A stretch of DNA of 64,000 nt from NCBI GenBank assembly GCA_965153355.1, contig OZ231126.1, positions 22,692,001 through 22,756,000 on the forward strand, read 5' to 3'. The DNA is from Flaccisagitta enflata (Eukaryota). The stretch's first letter is position 1; every line of letters begins with the position of its first letter. The notes beneath the pieces are model-generated. The model searched no databases. It was not told the DNA's origin and saw only the letters and a program-made list of their open reading frames with translations. Positions 53,636 through 64,000 of the stretch are shown piece by piece. The translations under genes and the position numbers were made by a program.

Positions 53636-54353
53636 AGGGAAATTTATGATACCGGCTCAACGACGAGAGAAAAAAAATCAAGAACGAAGTGATTAAAGGG
53701 CTAAATGCACGCCCATGAGGAGGTCTTAGAGATTCAAGCCTGTATCATGAGCACTTCTGTTGATTTTTCATTATGTTTTGGTCCAATTATTAGGTCAATG
53801 GAAAATCTTCATCAGTAATTCTTATCGAATAATCCATTTTGGTCAGACAAGATCTTTTTGAAAAAGCGCGATTCACAAAAAAAAAAAAAAAAAAAAAAAA
53901 AATCTTTTTATCTTTTAAACTTTGAAACAGTCTGTTTGCAAACTGGGGAATGATTCTCCATGTGCCATGACAATTTCCAACACTTTTTTCATTCATTTAT
54001 TTTAATTTCTTCTCTTTTTTAACCCGCTTGTCTAAGTTGCCCCGGTAACCTGAGAAGCGAGATTGTCCCAATTTGAAGCAAAGAAGGCATAGGGCAAGAC
54101 AAATTGAGAAAACCTGATAGAATACAAAAGACAATTGAGCAACTCGAGACAATGGGCTGGTGTGGCGCTGCAGGTAAGACAAATGAACCTCAGTACAGGT
54201 TCATCCTCGTGAGCGGGCGGACGAACTTCCTCATAGAGATGGTTGGGCAGTACCTCGCTCTCGAGAATGCAGAAAAGAAACTAGAAGATATCCAAAACAC
54301 TTCCTTGGTGAAAGAATCGAAAGAGTTGAACTTAGACGTAGAGGGATAGAAAA

Positions 54354-54419
<66 letters not shown>

Positions 54420-54508
54420 CCAACCCGACAGACAGACAGACAAACAGACAGACTGAGGCATGCCCGGCAAGAAATGAGTAAACAGACAACAAGACAGACG
54501 GTAAGATA

Positions 54509-55049
54509 CAGTAGATCTCGTCTAGACTTGAGATAATGGGGGCAAGCATTGTGGAAAGAGGAATGAAGGCAGGGGAGCGATATTTTCATCATAGACTAAT
54601 CAAAGGATGCTTAATTCCCCATGATAGCTGGTTGCCATGGAAACACATTTCCATGTATTCTCGCTAAAATATCAATATTTTGAGAAATTTTTTTAGGGAA
54701 CATTGCTTAAAATCAAATTTGCTTCAACTTTCCCACAGTATGTTCTGCTTGCTAGGGAGCGTATCCATGTGTGACAACCCCTAGCAACCGCTAAACGAGC
54801 GACATTCTTACAGAACATACTGTGGGAAAGTTGTAGCAAATTTGATTTTAAAAAATGTTCCCTCAAAAAATTTCTCAAAATATTGATATTTTAGCGAAAA
54901 TACATAGAAATGCGTTTCCATAGCAACCAGCTATCATGGGTAATAAACTATCCCTTTATAAGTCTATGTTTCAAATATCACTCCCCTGGCTTCATTTGTT
55001 TTTCCACAATGCTTGCCCCCGTTATCTCAAGTCTAGACGAGATCTACTG
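54509..55049. mobile_element. Fully palindromic TA-flanked MITE (CAGTA termini)
   Basis: TA|CAGTAGATCTCGTCTAGACTTGAGATAA ... TTATCTCAAGTCTAGACGAGATCTACTG|TA; complementary to a centre at about 54750-54810. Confidence 0.9.
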
Positions 55050-55601
55050 TACCGACTGAGGCGGTCATTGTGGAAAAAAAGCTAAAAATGATGAGGTCTA
55101 ATTAAGTTAATAAGAATAAAGGCATTCTTTGAGCCTGGCTTCTAAGCTGTTTCTTTCTAATTTTTTTTACAATTTGTCGGCAGTTTTTTAAATATCTTAA
55201 CTCGTGAAAACATGTTCATATGGCAATTTGAATACATTCAAAGCCTTTCAAGCGTCAAATAAATTCAGGAAGGTTACAAATAAGCGCGTGATCCGTTTTA
55301 ATTCTTGACTGCGGCTTAGAAGGAGGTTGATGCCATGTCCACTTCTCAGTATCGAGGCCCGTGTGACAAAAAACAACCCACAAGCAGAAGTCCCAGCTGT
55401 TCTTGAAAGGATTTTGTCCAGAAATTCACTTTACAGGAAGAAGTTCCCCGGGAGTTCAATTTTCGGTCGGACAAGGGGACACATTGACAAACCCCCTCTC
55501 ATACTATATTGAAAAGAAAAGAAAATATTTCAAGCTGAAACAAGTAACCAGGGGATACAATTTCCACGTGGACGGGCGGGAAGGGGCGTCGGACCTCCAA
55601 A

Positions 55602-55700
<99 letters not shown>

Positions 55701-55854
55701 ACACACACACAGATTCACACATTTTTACTCGAGCATAAGGAGGGACGGACCGACGGACCGACGGACCGACGGACGCGACTAAAAAAAACATAACTTAGGA
55801 AGACCTTTATTCCAGGTTAGTCACATTCAAATTTTAAAAGGCTTTTTCAACTCC

Positions 55855-55916
<62 letters not shown>

Positions 55917-56041
55917 AAATCTATTTTAACACTTTCCAACTCGAACAGAAGAACGGATGAACAAACGGACAATGATTCTTTTAGGGTCGCGAGTCCTCGT
56001 ATCAAAAGCTTTATATGATGATCATTGCCCTTCCAAAAATG

Positions 56042-56077
<36 letters not shown>

Positions 56078-56081
56078 ACGC

Positions 56082-56147
<66 letters not shown>

Positions 56148-56363
56148 CACACACACAAAACACACACACACACACACACGCACACAGAGGTGCACAAACG
56201 CAAGTACGAATGTAATGACATCAAGGGCGCATCCTGAAAAAAAGTCAGATAAAACTGATGATTGAGTCTCTCTGTCAATGAAATTCGGGTAAAATCGGGT
56301 TTGTGAACTTTTGACCCCATTGGCAGAGTGGATATGTGTACATCGATCGTTCACATTCCCCAG

Positions 56364-56510
<147 letters not shown>

Positions 56511-57927
56511 AAGAAACATAGACGTACCCAAGGACCGACAGAGATATTCAGATGGAAAGATAGTCAGGGTCAGATACAGAAGCCTACATAAATACATGTA
56601 TATATAAGACGCAGACCAAACCAAACAGAGACAATCAGTGACAGCGTCACAGGGAGGTAGAGGTAGAGGTAGAGAGATAGAGAAACGCTGAGACAAAGCC
56701 AGAGACACATAAGACATAACGGAGTGTTAATGAACAATCCTTTTCTACTAAGGACCGGTCACCTTCCTTGTCGTTATCGTCATTGACAATCGTTACCGTC
56801 AATGCCTTTAAGGCCTAACGTCGTCCTCATCTACGTCATCGTCGTCATCGTCGTCGTTGCTTTCATGGTCATCACTTTCCGAAGTAGGGGTCGTAACATT
56901 TGAGGGTAATTTTGAATGTTATGACTTTTTCAAAGTCTCACGATGCACGTGAAATTTGCGACTATGCATGAGAATGAGTTCACATTGCAGCGAAAAAAAA
57001 GAATCATTGTGAATGAGAGCTTGAACGATGGAGTTGATATATGCAATAAAGCATATATTCGAGAGGTTAGATCGGTGGATCTCCTTGTCAAAGTTTGCTA
57101 CACAGTTAAGGTGGAATCCTGGTTGGAAAAGTAACCACCGGTGAGCACTGTATATTTTCAAGCTACCGTTAAAAAAAGTAACGGTGGCTAAAAAGTAAAA
57201 ATTTTATTTCTTCATGAAAATATATCGTATGACCTACCAAATGAAAGGAAATTACATCAGAAATTCAAATATGCTATTTCTACCTGCCCATTCAATTGTG
57301 TGATAGATTAGACATAAAATTGTTTATTTATTTATCTTTTATTTTTCTTTTTTGAAAAATGGCCAGATGAAATGTTTTTTACTGATTGGATCTTGATTCC
57401 TACATGTAAGGACTGTACCAAACTGAAGAAAAACTCATAGTAATCCAAAACTCGTCCTGGCGGTTCTCAGGATCCATAGTGCATTGAAGACAATGCAAAT
57501 TGTAGAGGGGGAAAAAAATTGTATCCAATTGAAGAAGCAATTATGAAAATGTGGATAACTTGCAGAAATTAAATGAAGACCCAAACAAAGGTTCCCACGG
57601 TCTCAGAAGCCTGAAATTTTGCACGGAATATTTTTTTACCAAGCCTCAATTATGGTATGATTGGTGAGAGGTGGTGTCGAAGTTTGGGGCGCTTCACGGG
57701 ACGTAATGAGCATAGAAAACAAACAAACCTCAGAAAGGATCATAAACTGATCATAGGAGAAGAAGCGGTAACGTGGCAAGAAATCGAAACGAACAATCCT
57801 CTTTCATGAACGCCCCCAAAGTGCAAGAAGCCGACAAAAAGCCGACAAAAGTCCATTTCCAATTGGTCAACTTTTATCATTAAAATTCTTCACGTGTTGG
57901 ACGTGAGATCGTAAAAAAATTATCTTT

Positions 57928-57978
<51 letters not shown>

Positions 57979-59574
57979 TCTTTCCCTCTCTCTGTTAACC
58001 ATCACCCCTATCTCCCGCCTGAGGTGTTAAAATTGACGAGTGGTTATGACGGACATAAAGAAAGATATGGGAATTGGGAAGTGGGGAAATTCATTGACCA
58101 AATACCTGCGAAAGTAAATTCAACGAAATTCAAAATACAGTCGGCCGAATCATTGAGCTAAACTGGAGGAGCTGGGTACTCTACTCCTTGTGTGAATAAA
58201 TAGTTGAGCATAATGAAGAATTTTAAAAATGGATTGAGTATGTCTTTCCCTAAAGCGGGTAAAACTAAGGTCTAGAAGAACATAAAATGGAGGAAGTGAG
58301 AAGACCTTACATCTAGTCTTTGAATCTTCATCAGGGAGTTCAATCACTTACTATCTCAAACAATATTTTGAAGAAAAAAATCAAACGAACATTTAGCTCT
58401 CGCTATTTCACGTAAAATCATAACTAAAATGACCAGATGTTCAGGAAGATTTGCCAACCCCAATCACCCGCATCATCCAGTCGCCCAACATCCTGAAAAA
58501 AAAACATGCTTAAAAAAACACACAGAGGTTTCATGCTTATCTTGACACAAGCGCAAACATCGGACAGACTATTTGCATTATACATCGCATTATACATCGC
58601 TGCTTCGACGTATTTAGTCAAGATAAATACGGCCCCCGGAGCATCCATCTTAATAGGGTTATAAAATGCATTCATCGAATTAGGTCAAAAAGTCCTATAC
58701 TTGTGAGAAACTAACTCCAGAGACATACTGAGTACAATATCTGGCTAGTATAACACTTTTTGGCCGATTTTGAACTCATTTAACCGGCCTCAAACATGGA
58801 AAAACGTTAAGATCTCTTTGTTTATTTTTTCAAAGGGACTCTTTTTCAAGAAAAATTTCAAAAAATAGTAAAAAATGTGAAAAAATTGTACTGAAAAGGT
58901 AAATTGATGCAAAATTGCCTGAGTAATCGATTAAAACTGGTCTAAAGTTGATATCCGTAACCGTTTTAGAGTTATAGCGCTTTAGGTGCCGAGTTAAAAA
59001 AATCTACCCATTTTCTAAAATCATTTCATGCAATGGGGGATACTTCTACCCCCCTTAAACTTGTCCGATTTTGATAAAATTTTTACTGTAGCTTCTTTGC
59101 ATCATGTACTTCCATCGTCTAAAATTTCATGACAATTGGTCAACAATAAGATGCCCAAATTGGACTTTAAAGTTAAAAGTCGGCAATTCAATTTTTTGAA
59201 AAATCAACTTCTACAAGAGGAAAATGCTAAAGTATGTAGGGGAGGGGTCGACCATGTCCCGTAAGTTTTTATTGGGGTCGTTGATGATCTCCAAAAAAGA
59301 TTTCAGCCCTAGAATAGCATTTTTGCCTTCCAAAAAAAAAAAATGAACGAAAATCGCGATTATGCGCAAAATGTCAAAAAATCATAATTTTTGGCATTTG
59401 GAAGGTAACTCCATGCTATTGACTCCTGACCCTCTCTGATTTGGTGAGACATGGTAGGATCAAATTGATTTGATCATGTTTGTTAAATTTCAAATGAGCA
59501 AACTATGTGTTTTTGAGTCGAGTGTTACTTATAAGTAAAAAGTCAGAGAGCAAATGCATTTGTTACTTAAAAGT

Positions 59575-59773
59575 AACAAGGCTGGATACATGGCTTTCCC
59601 AGTCGCGTGCAGGTGGGTGTGGGCCATATTTGAGGTCACCAGACCATTTGGGCAGGAGCAGTAGGGTCAGAGAATACAAATCATTAGAAAAGTAAAATGT
59701 GACCAACCAACCAACTGACCAACCGACCGATAAACAAAGCTGGGTGTAGAGTCGCGTAGCACGCAACTAAAAA
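59575..59773 (-). mobile_element. Helentron/DINE-1-like element (family 1)
   Basis: AACAAGGCTGGATACATGGC ... AGTCGCGTAGCACGCAACTAAAAA. Confidence 0.75.
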
Positions 59774-59847
59774 GTCAGCAAATGCATTTGCCCCACTGTC
59801 TCCAATCTCTTTCATGAAATGCGCTTAAGCATCTTTTTAGTTGAGTG

Positions 59848-60204
59848 CAGGGGTGTATATCATTGAGACGCTTTTGTTTTTCCCCCCCCCCTGCCTTTGA
59901 TTTTCTTCCTCGCGATGTGTCGCATCGCGTTTTTATATCCATGAATTTCTTCCTTATATAGCAATGAAACTATGTAGTTAAGGTTTAAATAGTGTTAAAT
60001 TGTGTTTAATTAATTGAGTTTAAATAGTGTTAAATTGTGTTTAATTAATTGAGTTTTATGATTTGGTACTGTCAAAAGTTATGTTTTCCCCAAATCTCCT
60101 TTTCTTCTCTTTTTCCCCCTTTGATTTCTTTCCCCATCTCCAGACCCTTTGATTTTTTTCCCCACCCCACCGAGGGGGGGGAAACTCAAGAATATACAGG
60201 CCTG
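59848..60204. mobile_element. hAT-type MITE, inverted sister of 43099-43380
   Basis: CAGGGGTGTATATCATTGAG ... CTCAAGAATATACAGGCCTG; flanks GTTGAGTG / GTTGAGTC (7 of 8 TSD match). Confidence 0.8.
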
Positions 60205-60524
60205 GTTGAGTCGCAATAGTTAGGACACAGGGGGAATTTTGAGACGTCTGTCCTCCTTCCGTCCGTCCTTCCATTCCCCCTCCTTGGCCATCAGAGCCTC
60301 AAGTCTAAAGTCTGACCCCTAAACCTCAAATCCGCTCTTTTAGACTCAATTCTGCTATCCCGACTTCAAATCCGCCTGAGGACGTCTCAAAATTCACCCC
60401 TGTGCCCTGCTCTCACTCCATTACTTCACATGATCACTCCAAGCAGGGCATCGGTTACCGCTGACCATGTGCGATCCTTGGATAACTAGTTTCCCTCGCT
60501 CTTTTCATGGGCTCGCTTGATCAC

Positions 60525-61725
60525 TCAATTTTTGAGTCTGTGGTCTCAATTTCCGAGTCTGTGGTCTCAATTACCGAGTCTGTGGTCTCGATATCTAAGT
60601 CTGTGGTCTCGATATTTTAGTCTAAGGTCTCAATTTCCGAGTCTGTGGTCGCGATTTCCGAGTCTGTGGGCGCAATTTCCGGGTCTGTGGTCGCAATTTC
60701 CGAGTCTGTGGTCTCAATTTCCGAGTATGTGGTCGCGATTTCCGAGTCTGTTGGCGCAATTTCCGAGTCTGTTGGCGCAATTTCCTAGTCTGTGGGCGCG
60801 ATTTCCGAGTCTGTGGGCGCAATTTCCTAGTCTGTGGGCGCGATTTCTGTGGTCTATTTCTTAGTCTGTAGGCGCAATTTCCTAGTCTGTGGTCTCGATA
60901 TCAAAGTCTGTGGTCTCAATTTTTGAGTCTGTGGTCTCAATTTTTGAGTCTGTGGTCTCAATTTTTTAGTCTGTGGGCGCAATTTCCGAGTCTGTGAGCG
61001 CAATTTCCGAGTCTGTGGGCGCAATTTCCGAGTCTGTGGGCGCAATTTCCGAGTCTGTGGCGCAAATTCCGAGTCTGTGTGCGCTTAGTCTGTGGGCGCA
61101 ATTTCCGAGTCTGCGAATATCCGAGTCTGGCGGGCATCCGAGTCTGTGGGCGCAATATCCGAGTCTGTGGGCGCATCCGAGTCTGTGGGCGCAATTTCCG
61201 AGTCTGTGGCAATTTCAGTCAGGGCGCTTCCGAGTCTGTGGGCGCACTTCCGAGTCTGTGGGCGCAATTTGAGTCTGTGGGCGCACCGAGTCTGTGGGCG
61301 CACGAGTCTGTGGCAATTCCGAGTCTGTGGCATCGAGTCTGTGGGCGCAATTTCCGAGTCTGTGGGCGCAATTTCCGAGTCTGTGGGCGCAATTTCCGAG
61401 TCTGTGGGCGCAATTTCCGAGTCTGTGGGCGCAATTTCCGAGTCTGTGGGCGCAAATTCCGAGTCTGAGGGCGCAAATTCCGAGTCTGTGGGCGCAATTT
61501 CTGAGTCTTTGGTCTCGATCTCTGAGTTGGTGGTCTCAATTTCCGAGTCTGTGGTCTCAATTCTGAGTCTGTGGGCGCAATTCCCGAATCTGTGGGCGCA
61601 ATTTCCGAGTCTGTGGGCGCAATTTCAGAATCTGTGGGCACAATTTCCAAGTCCGTGGTTGCAAGTTTCAAGTTTGTGGTCCCGATTTTGGAGTCTGTGA
61701 TCAAGGTTTCGAGTCTGTGGTCACA
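60525..61725. repeat. 21-bp minisatellite GAGTCTGTGGGCGCAATTTCC
   Basis: Dozens of tandem copies; source of the SLWAQFP and RPQTRKL pseudo-ORFs. Confidence 0.95.
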
Positions 61726-63104
61726 ATAGCCACAGCTTTCTGAGAAAATAATATCCATTATTATATTCATATTCTTCATGAAAAGAGGATTCGAATGATA
61801 TGCTGAAACATATACTTAATCAGTTATTATCTTAAAAAATGGTGCAGGAAGGAAAAATCTTCTTCTGATCAGTATTTGTAACAGCCGGGATTTCGCGGCG
61901 CCTAAACAAGACAACCACCATTATGATTTTTGCTCGATTAAATTTTTTTAACACATGCGCGGCTCCTGCGTAAATCTGCGTCCACCGATTTGGATGCGGT
62001 TTTTTGCTCCAGTTCACATTTTTTACAGAGTACATCCCCATTTGTGAAGATCATTGAAGGCGCCATAAACAGAGCGGAGATTCAAGGACGAACTTGAAAA
62101 ATATTTGGTCGTTCACTGAAATCTTTTCTAAACGATTGAGCTCAATTTTTTTATGTCCTATGAGTGAGTTGCTGTTGCCAACAGGTTGGTACACCTTCTT
62201 TACCAAACATTCAACCTATAAACCACGTAATTTACTCTTTAAACAAACGTTATATTACAATGGATACTCGTTAAAAATTCAAAAGATGAACAAAAGTTGA
62301 AACGGTGGATGCTCCTAGGATTTTATAACCCTAATCTTAAACCAACAAAATTAAGTTGAAAAACCGCCATTTGATTATATTAATCTGATTTGTATAATTT
62401 GTTTTCTATGCGATTTTTTTTCCTCTTTCCCTTCCTCATTTTAAAGTTTGCACAGCCATCATCTTCTCCGCCTTACAAAGAAAAGCCAGCTTGAAAGGCT
62501 TTCATGACCTTAAGGCATTTCCCCAGTTTAACGTTTGAAGAAGCAGACAGAAAATAAATCAAGCGAAGGAATTTGTCCACCCAATGTTTAAACTAATCGT
62601 CCGTTTACCGCGGTCAAACAATCCAAGTACATTCACAAATATCATTCGGACATATTGTCTTTTTCCTTTTGTTTGTTCGTGTGACTTTACTTTGTTTACT
62701 TGATTCCTTTAGTCACTTGTAATTGTTCGTCAGTGGCCCCGGGAAGAAATTTTTACCCATCAATTTGAACCTGAATCTGATCTGTCCTGGTGCATGTTAT
62801 AATATTCACACAAAACTTTGGGCCTAAATGGAGATGTGAGTATTGAAACTGAAACTCAATCTTGGTCAGTATTCTTACCAACCAGGTCATGATTTTGGCA
62901 AATCATTATCAACCTTTTCACTAGTTTTTTTTTTAGGACAAAAATTCTATTTAATCCACCAAATTTTCCGATATTGTACTTTATTTACGCTCAGCTCTAA
63001 AATCTATCAAATTGGGGAGGTAACCGATGTCCGTAAATTTTCTTACCTTCTTTCTCTCTTTTTATTTGGTTTCCAAACTTTGATCTTCATTCTTTCCCCC
63101 CTTT

Positions 63105-63597
63105 TTTAGGTGCACCATAGCACCTCTATAAGAGGCTCTGTCTGTCGGTCGGTTGGTTGGTTGGTTGGTTGGTCGGTCGTTTGGTTGGTCGGTCTAGCTC
63201 GAGTTGAAAATCTCTTAAAGAAGCAAAAATCACTGGAACTGATTCGGAAATATGCTAGGATGATTTTTAGATGCGCCATAGCACCTCTATAAGAAGCTTG
63301 GTCTGTCCCTCGATCCGTCGGTCACGCTCGAATGAAAAATCGCTAAAAATGTTTAAAATCAATTGAAAACTCATTTCGTTCATCACTGATAATACTTGTC
63401 ATTCCATTCACTAAAATAATCAGCTACGGTTAGGTCTGATAGAGCTGGGGATAGGTCGGATAGGTCTGGTGATAGGTCGGATAGGTCTGGGGATAGGTCT
63501 GATAGAGCTCGGGATAGGTCTTATAGAGCTCGGGATAGGTCTAAAAATTATTAACTCCCGGCGCACCGTCTTTGCCCCTGTATCCGGCCTTGTTTAC
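63105..63597 (+). mobile_element. Nested Helentron-like elements with an internal GATAGGTC repeat
   Basis: Two 5' ends TTTTTAG.TGC.CCATAGCACCTCTATAAGA (63105 and about 63264), tandem GATAGGTC units at 63430-63543, and a family-1 3' end TGTATCCGGCCTTGTT. Confidence 0.6.
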
Positions 63598-63654
63598 TAA
63601 TTGCCTGGTTGCTTGCTGCCTGATCGCATGTATTATTATAGTACCCGACAGTCA

Positions 63655-63708
<54 letters not shown>

Positions 63709-64000
63709 ACTACGCAAACACAACACCCAAACTCCCCGGCAGCTACCAGAGAGTACAGAAATGAAAGAGATGCATAAAGAGAGAAGCCAAAACCAATTTT
63801 GAGATCAAACTTGGAAAAGAACAACTAACCCAGGGTTACAAAATCGTTGCGGACAAGTAGGCCGGGGCGTGCAATCTCCCTCCTCAAAACACATAATGTA
63901 CACTGTCTAAAATGTGAGTTTTCACACATTTTGACTTGATCATTATGGATGAACTACCGACGGACCTACGGATGTATCGACTAACTCACGGATGGACAGC

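Noticed and set aside
58180-58300. Plus-strand VEHNEEF*KWIEYVFP hAT-like fragment, or minus-strand FSLPPFYVLL USP-like box
   Set aside because: Short, interrupted and mutually exclusive; the USP-like box is also in the wrong order relative to the Cys-box-like segment.
60525-61725. CRISPR-like array or repeat-protein ORFs (SLWAQFP / RPQTRKL)
   Set aside because: Head-to-tail 21-mers with no unique spacers, no cas genes, and a eukaryotic context; the ORFs arise because the period is a multiple of 3.

Overview
AT-rich eukaryotic DNA, most likely from an invertebrate metazoan (spliceosomal GT-AG introns, dense microsatellites and MITEs). Almost all ORFs in the supplied track are microsatellite or repeat artefacts. 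Three credible protein-coding genes, all on the minus strand: (1) a 261-aa single-coding-exon gene (10307-11092) that resembles a degenerate DZIP3-like HEPN domain followed by a Gly/Val/Thr-rich, RHIM-like tail; (2) a two-exon 320-aa type I membrane protein (31363-32633) with LAMP-like hints; (3) a complete 8-exon, 350-aa PLP-dependent serine/aspartate racemase family gene (37095-48783). The racemase has an unusual 2-residue deletion in the specificity loop, and three decayed tandem copies of the end of exon 4 follow in the next intron. The rest is mobile or repetitive: about 20 copies of a Helentron/DINE-1-like non-autonomous family, two related families that carry satellite arrays, TA-flanked Tc1/mariner-type MITEs (several almost fully palindromic), a CAC-terminated foldback with a 4-bp TSD, hAT MITEs with 8-bp TSDs, a 5'-truncated LINE, a tRNA-like SINE head and a decayed macrodomain. 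All family assignments are by eye from remembered motifs; no database searches were run.
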